Below, piece by piece: positions 26,929 to 39,593 of a stretch of 64,000 nt of DNA. Numbering within the stretch: position 1 is the stretch's first letter; each line of letters begins with the position of its first letter. Made by a program: the position numbers and the translations under genes. Source of the DNA: Octopus sinensis. Taxonomy: Eukaryota. The stretch spans positions 190,030,001 through 190,094,000 of the forward strand of contig NC_042998.1 of assembly GCF_006345805.1 (NCBI RefSeq), written 5' to 3'. Under the pieces are notes generated by a model. It saw only the letters and a program-made list of their open reading frames with translations. It was not told where the DNA came from and searched no databases.

Positions 26929-27260
26929 AAGGCGCATGGCTCAGTGGTCAGAGCGTTCGGCTCACACTCATGATTTAGTGGGATCGATTCCTTGACCGGG
27001 TTCTGTGCTGTGTTCTTGAGTAAGACACTTTATTTCACGTTGCTCCAGTTCACTCATGTAGAAATGAGTTGTGACGTCACTGTCGCCATGTTGTATCGGC
27101 CTTTGCTTTGCCCTTTCATAACATAAGTGGTGTAGAGAGAGGAAGCTGGTATGCACGGGCGACTGCTGGTCTTCTATAAACAACATTACCCGAATATGTT
27201 CTTCGGAGGGTAACTTTTGAGGTGCAATCCCATGGTCATTCATGACCGAAGGGGCTTTTT
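26929..27260 (+). mobile_element. tRNA-derived SINE (additional family)
   Basis: A box TGGCTCAGTGG, B box GGATCGATTCC, then tgtgttcttgagtaagacactttatttcacgttgctccag; ends at (TA)n. Confidence 0.8.
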
Positions 27261-27263
27261 TAC

Positions 27264-27327
<64 letters not shown>

Positions 27328-27557
27328 GTGTATATGTATATATATATACATAATATATTATATGCAATCCTCATAAAGAAATGTAAAAGATCTAGAAGCC
27401 ATCTATACATGGGCTGAGAATAGCAACATGCAATTTAATGCAAGTGAATTCTAGGCCCTCCTCTACCAGTTAAGCACTATTTTACATAATATCGAAGTCT
27501 CATTCATTCTTTTGTTGTTATATATTATTTTAATATTATATATATATATATATATAT

Positions 27558-27596
<39 letters not shown>

Positions 27597-27821
27597 CGCG
27601 TATATACATGCATAAAAAGCACTTATACATATGCACATAAAACTTTTTTCGTTCGAACGAAACATTTGGCTATATGTTACGAACCATTTTGGTTCATAAA
27701 TATTATGTATTTTTATATCTCTATCTACACTGTGAATCCTTCACTTGTTAGTGGCTACTAGTTTTAGTACTGACCCCCAATACATATGTAGTATGTGTGT
27801 GTGTGTGTGTGTGTGTCTGTC

Positions 27822-27856
<35 letters not shown>

Positions 27857-27917
27857 TCTTTTACGTGTTACAGTCATTTAACTGTAGCCTAAAAAGAAAA
27901 ATGTCTCTGACGTTCGT

Positions 27918-28078
27918 ACCACTACGCCATATACCCACGGGCATATGGCGTAGTGGTTAAGAGCGCGGCTACTAACCCCAAGATTCCGAGTTCGATTCGG
28001 TGGCGAAGGAAAAGCGAAAATAACGGGTTACACAGGTATACACAAATATAGAGGCACTTATCTATCTATCTATCTATG

Positions 28079-28142
<64 letters not shown>

Positions 28143-28300
28143 CAACAACAAGAACAACAACATTGAAAAATACCTTAGGAATGAGAACACAGGTTCGAAA
28201 TTTCCCCCAATTCACATGAGGAAGGCTGGAGGGTATATCAGCCGAAACGTTGTGTTAACAACAAACAAGATGAGGACAAATGTCCGTCAATTGTAAATAA
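27918..28300 (+). mobile_element. tRNA-headed element with (TAA)n linker and HHR-like 3' region, interrupted by a 64-bp insert
   Basis: A box TGGCGTAGTGG and B box GAGTTCGATTC. The HHR-like motif at 28213-28254 is CAC ATGAGGA A GGCTG..CAGCC GAAA C GTT ^ GTG. There is a 15-bp 5' fold-back at 27918-27957. Confidence 0.65.
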
Positions 28301-28959
28301 TGTAAATAAGCCTCACAATTTGTTAGATGGGTACAATTGATTTAATCAGTGTCATTGTTTGACTGGTACTTATTTTATCTATCCTAAACGGTATATTAAG
28401 AGATTTGCCATATGAAATTTACTTTATAATGCTCGGAAAATGATGTTGTACCGTTACGAAGGACGTATCGGGGTATAAAAATTGGAAAAAGTAATTTAGT
28501 ATCATATTTTAATTGGCGTTATCGTTCATTATATGGTTTTCAAGAAACCAGCAGTATATTAATGTTAACGATAATGAAAATCTTTAAAATAGAGATGTCT
28601 ACCGGTGAAAAGATAATACGATAAATAGAGTCAGCAAGTTCAATCCTTAATATGAGAGTTATTGATTTCCAAATGATATTTATTGATTTACCGCTGAGCT
28701 TAACTTCTATTTTACAACACTTACTATATTTGTAAATGATACTAAAGATTATAAGAAATGATCCGTGATGAAAACTTTAGAAGTCAAACAATAAGGATGT
28801 TCTTTAATAGGTACTTTTATATGTCATGTTTTATGTATATAGTATCTAAGCGCCATCAAATCGTCACCGCTGCCTTAATGAAGACTCTCCGTTATCGTTG
28901 ACCTAAGAGAAACAGCAGCCAAATCTCGCACAAACCATATCCTAATGCAGGCATGATAT

Positions 28960-29087
28960 ACAGTTAAGAAGGCTGCTTTAAAATCATGCATGACAACTTG
29001 CCCAAGTGTTCTCTACTATGGCTCTGGACTGACCAATATTTTGTGAGAAAATTTGGTAGGCGGAAAACTGTGCGGAGCCCGTCGTGC

Positions 29088-29148
<61 letters not shown>

Positions 29149-29224
29149 CATAACATATATTAACACACATATATATATACATAAATACACATATATATAC
29201 ACCACATATATATATATATACACC

Positions 29225-29304
<80 letters not shown>

Positions 29305-29590
29305 AAATGTAAAAAATCACAAACTGGGGCAAGAACGCAAAACATTTAGAAGAAGATACAAAAAATATATGAGGGAGAGAGAGAGAGTGAAAAAGAGAGG
29401 GAGAGATGTATGTACGTCCTTGTGTTCGTATTTGTCTCCACCGTTTGACAACCCGTAGTGGTTCGGCAAATAAGACCGATAGAATAAGTACCAGACGTAA
29501 AAATATAAATACTGAAGTCGATTTTTTTGCCTAAACCCTCGAAGGCTGTGCCCCAGCATGACCGCAGTTCAATGACAAAAGTAAGTAAAC
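28960..29590 (+). mobile_element. Old degenerate SINE-A with an expanded internal microsatellite
   Basis: Diverged 5' half (aacttgcccaagtg...tttggtaggcggaaa) and 3' half (ggttcggcaaa..ccgatagaataagtacc...gtgccccagcatg). Confidence 0.65.
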
Positions 29591-29609
29591 GATAACGTTT
29601 TAATTGGAT

Positions 29610-30008
29610 AGGCTGTGTGGTAAGTAGCTTGTTTACCAACCACATGGTTCCGGGTTCAGTCCCACAGCGTGGCATCTTGAGCAAGTGTCTTCTAATATAG
29701 CCTCAGGTCGACCAAAGCCTTGTGAATGGATTTGGTAGACGGAAACTGAAAGAAGCCCGTCGTATCTATGTATGTATATATATGTGTGTGTGTATGTTTG
29801 TGTGTCTGTGTTTGTCCCCCCGACATCGCTTGACAACCGATGCTGGTGTGTTTACGTCACCGTAACTTAGCGGTTCAGCAAAAGAGTCGACAGAATAAGT
29901 ACTAGGTTTACAAAGAATAAGTCCTGGGGTCGATTTGCTCGACTAAAGGCGGTGCTCCAGCATGGCCACAGTCAAATGACTGAAACAAGTAAAAGAGTAA
30001 AAGAGTAA
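29610..30008 (+). mobile_element. SINE-A, near full length
   Basis: High similarity to the 17201 copy. Confidence 0.92.
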
Positions 30009-30725
30009 GAAAAAGATAATGTAATGAGAGGTGTTATAATACTGGTAATGAATAAAATGTTTAGGGAATAAAACTACTTTGTATTTGTCATGAAGCTACC
30101 AGCATTCACCATTCTATCTGACCAAGAATTGAAATATTTAGGGATGACTTACCTATTTTGGCTAGTGTTTAGAAAATTATTAATTGAAAAGCTATTACAT
30201 ATTACTATACATAGATCTATTATTCACGTTATTATCTATATTTTATAATGCTGCATTATGGAAAGCTAAGTTAGCTGATAATGTCTTTTTCATATTTAAT
30301 TAATATCTAAGACGTTTAAATAGTTACAAGACAATATTGAGCAATACTGGATAAGATAATACCAAACAATAAGAAATATCAACAGGCGATATTCATGAGT
30401 TATGCCATTAATAATTCTTCATTAATTAGCAACAATAAATTTCTGTAACACACCTTGTTTTTCATTCTTCTTCTTAATCCTCTTGTCTACTATGGAAATT
30501 ATCTCCATTGTTAATTTAGTTTTCGTTGCCATATTGCTGCATGACTTTTGTTCAGGTAAAAAGGCAAAATGTAATTATAGTTAATTGTCAACCCTTGTAA
30601 CAACGCTGCCATCTGTTCTGTCCAGTTGCGATTAATAGTCAATGTAACTAAAGATATTACAGAACGAGTATTGATTTCATAACTGATACGTACCCCACCC
30701 CAACACACAGGTATGTATTTGTGTG

Positions 30726-30756
<31 letters not shown>

Positions 30757-30774
30757 GTGCGTGTGTATGTATGT

Positions 30775-30823
<49 letters not shown>

Positions 30824-30834
30824 TATATTATATA

Positions 30835-30876
<42 letters not shown>

Positions 30877-30880
<4 letters not shown>

Positions 30881-31090
30881 AATCCAAACATGAAAATACA
30901 AAGGGAAAACACAACAACGCGAGGACGTGGAACAAGTATAGTATTATTGGACGCTCAGGAAAAAAGAAAGAAGGAGGATTTAACGTTTCGAACGGAGCTC
31001 TTCGTCAGAAACATAGGAAAAAGAAATATCCAAAGAGGGGAGACGGAGGGGAAAAATCGCCAACGGTACACATGCGATCACATTTTGAAT
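30877..31090 (-). mobile_element. Family C HHR-bearing repeat; HHR 30978-31012
   Basis: Minus strand: GTTT CTGACGA A GAGC-TCC-GTTC GAAA C GTT ^ AAAT. It abuts (TA)n and (TACA)n. Confidence 0.75.
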
Positions 31091-31174
31091 GTATATACAT
31101 ACATACATAGATACATACATACATACATACATACATACATACATACATTAATATCACATACATGTGTGGTGTAA

Positions 31175-31230
<56 letters not shown>

Positions 31231-31231
<1 letters not shown>

Positions 31232-32172
31232 TAGCAGTAATGCCCGGCGTTGCCCGGGATTAAGTTAGGATTATTGAGCTAATCAAGCGCTTTGTTTCAA
31301 ACCACAATAGGTAACACCGACGTCAAATTTGAGCGAAATCCGTTGAAATTGGTAAACGCATGGCTGAAAATGGGTTGCAGACAATTTGATTGGGAAATCC
31401 CATAAGGAATCGGTTTATCGATTTTTCCACTCATCGATTGTTTTTTTTTTTTTTGTTTTTTAATTTTTTGAGAACTTAAAACATTCAAAAATCCTATGAG
31501 TCCTAAGTAACGCCGGCATCAAGTGTGAACAAAATACATCAAAATTGGTAAAAACTGAAAATGGTTGAAAATGGGGTGTAACCAATTTTAGTGAGAAATC
31601 CTATAAGGAATCGGTTTATCGATTTTTCATCCTGATTGAATAGAAAACCCCATAAGGAATCAGTTTATTGATTTTTCACCCCAAATAAGACCTAACTGAA
31701 CACAACATTGCTGATTCAAAAAATCTATATTTATACTTTAAAATTGGTTTTAATACACAACCCAATTCTGCAGAATCAGTGTCGCGACGGAAACGCATGG
31801 GTTGGGAGTTTGACCGACAGAAGCGATCAGGTTGCGCATGCTGGCCCTTTCGAAACCACCAACCCCATCATCTAACCCCCTCCCCTTGTCCCATGGTTTG
31901 GGAGCCCTTCCAGCAAGGAAAATAGAACGCTCAAAAGGGCTCCCGATCCTCTGTGTCAGAAGAGGTTATGTTCGGATCACAACTAAGCCTTAACCTAAGC
32001 CTTAGCTAACCTAGCGAAAGGGGGCTCAGGAACCTCCCAATCTAGACCTAATCCCCACCCCCTAGGGGTACTATCGATCAAGGATACATCGAAGATATGC
32101 ATTGGAGAAGGTTGCCTCGGAGATCTGCATCGAAGATCTGCATTGGAGAAGGTTGCATCGAAGGTTTGCATG

Positions 32173-32175
<3 letters not shown>
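31231..32175 (-). mobile_element. Non-autonomous Helitron-like element with internal repeats (5' end uncertain)
   Basis: Minus-strand CTAG|T end at 31231 and hairpin cccgg-cgttgc-ccggg, like the 231 element. There are three ~33-bp repeats (31394, 31595, 31643) and a duplicated gaagat.tgcattggagaaggttgc near 32090-32160. Confidence 0.6.
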
Positions 32176-32208
<33 letters not shown>

Positions 32209-32424
32209 TTGAATCAGTTGTGCCTTATTTACATACTTAAAGGCTTACTCTAACGAATATTTTTCATGATATTTCTCTTCATTTACGAAGGTTTAACTTT
32301 TGTAAATGAACAATGCGGTTCATACTTTGGCAAGCTGTGTGCTTAGAATTTAATGATAATTGTGAATGCTTAACAAATTCTAACTCAGTTTCAATTACCG
32401 TGAAATTGCCTCTTATTAAATCCT

Positions 32425-32480
32425 TAAAAATCCTTTAAAATGTTTTAGCCCGAAGGCCGTGGCCATGCTGGGGCACCACT
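32425..32480 (-). mobile_element. Isolated LINE/SINE 3' tail
   Basis: Reverse complement of ggtgccccagcatggccacggccttcgggctaaaacattttaaaggatt; similar tails occur at 37070-37125 and 57125-57180. Confidence 0.7.
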
Positions 32481-32489
32481 TATTTTCAC

Positions 32490-33190
32490 TAAAATCAAAA
32501 GTAATTAGTTTCAAATTTTGGCACAAGGCCAAGAATTTCGGGGAAGGAAATAAATCGATTACATCGACTCCAGTGCTCAACTGATACTTATTTTATCGAC
32601 TCGAAAGAATAAAAGGCAAAGTCAATTTCAGTTGAATTCGAACTCAAAACGTATAGACTAAAAAGCCGCTAAGCATTTTACCCAGCTTGCTAGCGATGCT
32701 ATCAGCTAGCCACCTTTAATACCAAGATTAATATTATTTGAGTTGCTAATAATACATGGTGTTAGATTGAAAAATTCTCACCCACTCACAATCAATGAGA
32801 AAAACAAGTTATTAGTTTTTAGATAGCTTATTATTATGCATCAATATAAGGCGAGAAGCTGGCAGACTTTTCATTTTGAAGTCAATAAAATAAACACCAG
32901 TCCAGCACTGGAGTCAATATACTCAATAGGTTTCCTCCCACGAAATTCCAGGTTTTGTGCCTATAGTTTACATAAAATTAGATATCATTTTATATTTTGG
33001 CACGAGGCCAGCAATTTCGTGGGGGAGGATAAATTGGCTACATCGACCCCAGTGTTCAACTGGTATTAATTTTATCGATCCCAAAAGGATGGAAGGCGAA
33101 GTCGAGCCAGGCGAAATTTAAACTTGGAATTGACGAAATGCTGCTAAGCATTCTGCCCGGTCTGCTAAAGGTTCTGTCAGCTCACCACCT
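32490..33190 (-). mobile_element. Two degenerate SINE-B copies (~32490-32715, ~32990-33190)
   Basis: Matches to catcgaccccagtg..aactggta, aaggcaaagtc, gaatttgaactc and gctaagcatt. Confidence 0.7.
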
Positions 33191-33282
33191 TATGTAAATT
33201 TAAATCTTAAAGTCTAATATATTGAATAATAACAGAGTATCCACTCTTTTAGCAGCTGTGCAACACAGCATTACATATGGTA

Positions 33283-33686
33283 TACTCTTACTCTCTTTTA
33301 CTTATTTCAGTCATTTGACTGCGGCCATGCTGGAGCACCGCCTTTAGTCGAGCAACTCGACCCCGGGACTTATTCTTTTGTAAGCCCAGTGCTTATTCTA
33401 TCGGTCTCTTTTGCCGAACCACTAAGTAACGGGGACATAAACACACCAGCATCGGTTGTCAAGCCATGCTAGGGGGACAAACACAGACACACAAACACAC
33501 ACACGCATATATATACATACATATATACGACGGGCTTCTTTCAGTTTCCGTCTACCAAATCCACTCACAAGGCTTTGGTCGGCCCGAGGTTATAGTAGAA
33601 GACACTAGCCCAAGGTGTCACGCAGTGGGACTGAACCCGGAACCATGTAGTTGGTAAACAAGCTACTTACTACACAGCCACTCCTG
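33283..33686 (-). mobile_element. SINE-A, full length
   Basis: Reverse complement of the 17201 family. Confidence 0.92.
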
Positions 33687-34176
33687 TATTGTAAGACTTT
33701 TAGACAGTTTCAGCCCCCAAATCGAGACGAATATCGTAAAATGTAGCATGTTATGTATGGGAGTTCTACGAGAGATTTAAATTTATTATATTATAAATTT
33801 TGTAATCTACTATTTAATTAGTAGATTACGAATGTCGTGCTTTAATAAACTATATTTTTCACGTCTAAATGTCTAAGATATTCAATTCTTTCGTCTCCTA
33901 ATTTCATCTTTTGAATTCATATTTACAGTTTTAATCTCTGCGTTAGGTTTCTATGGGTTTAATCTAGGTTCGATATAAAGTAGCTTATTTGGGAATAGAT
34001 ATGTACACAAACACAAACTGGAATTAAATAAATATGAACCTAGATACATACTCTGGAATAGGATACCTGGAAATGATCGGAAATCTGTCCGATCAAAAGA
34101 TAATGATGTAAATATTGTAAATTTATACTCCAGAGTAGGAAAACTTATAATATTTACTCATTTTAAAAATAATATA

Positions 34177-34527
34177 ACTGCGTGGCATCTTGGGCAAGTG
34201 TCTTCTGCTATAGCCCCGGGCCGACCAATGCCTTGTGAGTGGATTTGGTAGACGGAAACTGAAAGAAGCCTGTCGTATATATGTATATATATATATATGT
34301 ATGTGTGTGTTTGTGTGTCGGTGTTTGTCCCCCTAGCATTGCTTGACAACCGATGCTGGTGTGTTTACGTCCCCGTCATTTAGCGGTTCAGCAAAAGAGA
34401 CCGATAGAATAAGTACTAGGCTTACAAAGAATAAGTCCCGGGGTCGATTTGCTCGACTTAAGGCGGTGCTCCAGCATGGCCGCAGTCAAATGACTGAAAC
34501 AAGTAAAAGAGAGTAAAGAATAAAGAG
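34177..34527 (+). mobile_element. SINE-A, 5'-truncated
   Basis: Starts at actgcgtggcatcttgggc; the tail is intact. Confidence 0.92.
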
Positions 34528-35210
34528 TATGCGCAAATGTGTGTGTGTATGTGTGTGTGTGGCGTATATGTAAATGTATACACATGAATGCATGCATACG
34601 TACAATTATAAATACATATATATATGTGTGTGTTTATACATATATAAACTAACGATAAACAGTATATTATGTATGGTTATGTGTGTGCGTGTACGCGCGT
34701 GCCGTGTGTGGTAGAAAATTCATGAAAGAGACAGCTAACAAGCGTATACGCAAAGATAAACACTGCGTCGCTCTCGAAACGCTTTTGGCGAAAGAAAGGT
34801 TTCAGTAGGTCTCTAATCATTGTATGAACCATCTTGGAAAGGCTGGTCCACACACAACTATTTCTAAAAAAGCAATTTCTCTTCGACAGAAAAATATTTT
34901 TTCATAGACTTTCACTAACAATATACAGAAAAAGACAGATCTAGTTTCGATTACAGGTACAGATTGAAAGTTCTGTTTCAACAACGTCACTCAGGATGTG
35001 ACACACCGACATTTTGTCTTTTGATGAAGTAGCTACGACAAAATCAGCTGAGAATTGCTGTGTCCATATTTCTGTATAGCAGCGTAAAACGTCAGAAGCA
35101 GTCAGCCCTAAATGCATATAGAGAAATACACATATGCATACACGCTCCTGTGCATGTATTTGTATATACATACATACACGAACACACACGAATATATATA
35201 TATATATATA

Positions 35211-35565
35211 TGTGATCTCTTGAGCACTACCAGCTCAACATGTGATCTCTTGAGCACTACCAGCTCAACATGTGATCTCTTGAGCACTACCAGCTCAACA
35301 TGTGATCTCTTGAGCACTACCAGCTCAACATGTGATCTCTTGAGCACTACCAGCTCAAATATTTTCTCCTCTGTCTTCCCTCCTTGGGATCTTTCCTTCT
35401 CCTTGTTTCCGACGAAGAGCTCCGCTCGAAACGTTAAACCCTCCTTCCCTTCTTTCCTGAGCGTCAATAATACTTTAATTGTTCCACGTCCTGCGTTGCT
35501 GTGTTTTTTCCCATTTTTTCTCTTTTTTTTTCTCTTTTTTTCTGTGTTTTCTTGTTTGGATTAAA
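35211..35565 (+). mobile_element. Family C variant with five tandem 30-bp units at its 5' end; HHR 35405-35439 (U4C)
   Basis: (tgtgatctcttgagcactaccagctcaaca) repeated ~5 times, then GTTT CCGACGA A GAGC-TCC-GCTC GAAA C GTT ^ AAAC and tcctgagcgtc. Confidence 0.78.
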
Positions 35566-35575
35566 TATATATATA

Positions 35576-35744
35576 TGTAAATGTAATATATGACAATTAT
35601 TCGGTAGCCATGATAAAACTCAGAGTTTCGGATGCCGAGGTGGAAATCTACGCCGCCATCTTTTCAGTTATCCGGCCATCGGAAAAAGTCCACTTCGGCA
35701 TCCGAAACATGGCTACCAAATAATTGTCACATATTACATTTACA
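35576..35744. mobile_element. MITE-like long hairpin
   Basis: Outer arms of ~37 bp (2 mismatches) and inner arms of 19 bp (1 mismatch), with a 13-nt bulge on the left arm. Confidence 0.7.
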
Positions 35745-37033
35745 GATAAATTCCTCTATTCACATAATACCGAGGTCTCTTTCATTCTTTTGTTGTCTTA
35801 CCATTTTTATCAATGTATATTTATGTATGTATGTATATATATATATACATACATATATATATACACATATACATACATATATATATACATATATATATAT
35901 ATATGCTTATATGTCTGTAATTGTATGCATTGTATATTATATATACATACACATTATATAAGCATTTCTATACCTACCTGTATTTATGCACATACGTATA
36001 TATATAATATATATACACATATATATGTAAATTTGTATATGTGTGTGCGTGTGTATGTGCGTATGTATGTGCACGTACATATATTGCTTACACTCGCATA
36101 TATTTGTTGGGCTTCTGCGAGTATTTCTGTACGTGTGCGTGTGTGTATGCAAGTTCCTACACATTAAAAACTGATCCTACACACAGAGTTTTCCACTAAC
36201 AACACACTACCCCACCACCAACAACAGCAACACTACCACCACCACTACCACCACCTTTACCGCTACGAATTTTACATCTTCCTGAGCTCTGAGACACTCT
36301 CACTATAATTCCATACATTTCTGTATTTCTAACTTCAATATCATTGCATTTACTTGATGATAAATTCAGACTTGAATAATTTTTCTCTTACTGAGTTGGA
36401 AATCGGCTATTTTTCTTCCTTTCCCCAATTTTTTTCTTTTTTTCTTTTTCGCATATTTACTTTTACCATTTATTCCAACCACTCAACGTGTTGTTGTATG
36501 AAACCGTCACAATACTTAAATAGCAAAGGAAACAACGATATAATACCATTCCAGAGCATTTTGAAATTAAAACAAAGAAAAAAAAATTCTAAATTGTTGA
36601 ATCTTTCAATATTTTAAAAATTCAATTATACTTATTTATACATTAATTGGCTCATATTTCGTTAGAATTTCATAAAAGTTTCCGAATTCTAACGACGTTT
36701 TCTGTAATTTAAAATATAGATTTTTTTTAATCTTCATAATATAATTAGTTTCTCTCACTTTCTCTCTCTCTTCTACCTCTCTCTCTCCCTCCCTCTCTCT
36801 ACCTCAAGGAAAGAGGAAAAAAAAGACAGAAGCTAATCAATATATGTGCCTGTGCATGTATGTGTTTATATTATACATACATACACATATATATATATAT
36901 ATACACACGAATATGTACATATTTTTATATGCATTTATATATTTGTATGTATGTAAGGTATGCATATGTGTATACATATATCTATATTATAGGTATATAT
37001 GTGTATATATGAATGCATATATATATGCATATA

Positions 37034-37071
<38 letters not shown>

Positions 37072-38152
37072 CGGTGGTGCCCCAGCATGGCCGCGGCCTT
37101 CGGGCTAAAACATTTTTAAGGATTTATATACACGATTATGTATATTAGCTTTTATGTACATTCATCTATGTAGCCATATGTATATATATATATACTCTCT
37201 TTCTGTATGTATACATGCTACTGTGTATGTGAATATATGTGGGTACATACATATAAGTAAATAAATATTCTTGAATGCATTTATATAACTACGTTTGTGT
37301 GTATCTATATGTATCTATACAGGTATATATATATATATATATATATAATATGACCCTGGTGCCTCTGTTTTTATATTTATATATCTATATCTAGCTATCT
37401 GTCTATCCTTCAATCCATCTATCTATATATCTATCTATCGAGATAAATATATACATACATACATACATACATACATACATACATACATACATACATACAT
37501 ACATACATACATACATTTTCACTATATTTATAAGAAAAGCTAATGCATTGCTACTTCCATAGTTATTCAATTATTTATTTTAATTTTGTTTACGGATAAA
37601 TTATTTGTTGCAGTAGGCTGAATTACTCTCACGTAATAATGAACAGGTAATAAATTTTTATATTGCGTTCTTACATCGAGATAGAAAAATGCTGGAAAGA
37701 GAGCTATTTTTAATGACTTCGAAATTGAGATATTCTCAAGACCTAAAATTTCAGATAGCCATAGCTTGCAGATTGAAAACAGTAACCACTCAAAATATGA
37801 AAAAAAAATTTTTAATGATACAGAAAAATAGCCCAAACCCTTAACTTTCATACATATCAACTACCTAAGCACCTGAGTATAACTTTGATTAATTTGAATA
37901 CAACATGGAGAATAAAATCACGTTGAAGACGTAACAAGGTTACACATATTGGGGAATATATTAATGAATATATTAATGAATAAAATCGATGTCAGTACTT
38001 GATTAGCGCTTTATGTTATCGACCCTGGACGGATTAAAGGCAAAGTTGATCCTGACTAGATGTGAACTCGGAAAATAAAGAACCAAAACAAATTCTACAA
38101 AAACGATGTTCATCGCTCTAATGAATCTGTGAATCAACTACACGTTAACTGA

Positions 38153-38219
<67 letters not shown>

Positions 38220-38539
38220 TTTAATGATGATGATGGTTATGATGATGATGATGATGATGATGATGATAGTGTTAGACTATATCTGAGTAAGTAATACTCA
38301 TTGATGTATTTTAACCGTGTATCATCTCCATCACTCGCACAACACGTCTAGACACGCTCGTTACATAACGGTCCGATCAACATCAGACCGTCTCCGTCCC
38401 CAGCCACCATACAAAAAAAAAGGGAAAATAATGAATAAAATAATACCTGTATTATTTAATCCGAGGATAACAGACGAGAAGTACGTACTTTATACTTGTT
38501 ACACAAAAAGTACGAAAGACTATACGTGCAAAACCATTT

Positions 38540-38975
38540 AACACCGGAAATTAACGGACCGGTACCCTACGAAAATGATGACCATCAAAATAAAGGGTCA
38601 GGGGTTATTCTTCATGTCCCACAAATAAAATTTAAAAAGCATAAATGGACACGGGAGGAATGTATTTCAATTGTACACGCTTATTTTGCAGCAGTGCTCC
38701 ACCCATAGAACGAAAACATAACATCATATACATATAAAATCAGGAAGAAAAATAACCTCGATAGAGATTTGGATACAGCAATGAACCCTAATAAACTAGC
38801 TAACATACGGAGATATATTCTCAAAACAAAAAATATCAGAAATAGAAATAGGAGACTTAAAATGAAAAATACATCAGGAAAACATAGATAGTAACCACAC
38901 AGCAATGCCAAATAATACCATAAGCACTGGGACTTATATAACACACAGAAAATAGCACTACTAGGCACAAATATG
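38540..38975 (+). pseudogene. Internally deleted R4/Dong-like (RLE-type) non-LTR retrotransposon remnant
   Basis: The N-terminal motif KWTREECISIVHAYF...NKLANIRRYILK (then SEIEI) lies within ~100 bp of the C-terminal motif YNTQKIALLGT. The assignment is from recalled family motifs and was not searched. Confidence 0.55.
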
Positions 38976-39309
38976 CTCATATATACATGCAAACATACAT
39001 GCCTATTTATATACATATATATAAGTATAAACACACATATATATTATCTCTTGGTAATGCATATACCGTTTTGTATTATCACAATTTCACATATTAGCCA
39101 TTAGACAAATTCTCATTCGAGGTATATTTTTTTATGAAATATTTTCTTAGATTGATTTTATCCAATACGGCTTTGCACTTTATGTTTCCGTTGAGAACAA
39201 CAAAATAAGTTCTGGAATCGGTTCACTCAACAACCTTTCTCCAAGAAAGCTAACCTCCTGTCTAGTCAAAAGAAATCATTATATCCTTCACACAACACAC
39301 ACACACACA

Positions 39310-39350
<41 letters not shown>

Positions 39351-39532
39351 TCACACACACATACACACAGGTATACACATGCATCATGCACACACACACA
39401 TATGCATATACATCTACATGCACACACACACATATATATTTACATTGGCAGACAGACAGACGGACAGAAGACAAACAGACAGGCAGATAGATAGATGATA
39501 CACACACTCATATGTAAGCACACACACACGCA

Positions 39533-39593
<61 letters not shown>

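Noticed and set aside
30604-30622. Second CTCF-like site (CAGATGGCAGC on the minus strand)
   Set aside because: Only the 3' half matches; a similar partial match near 56400 was rejected too.
35211-35358. CRISPR-like array
   Set aside because: The units are contiguous with no spacers, and the context is eukaryotic.
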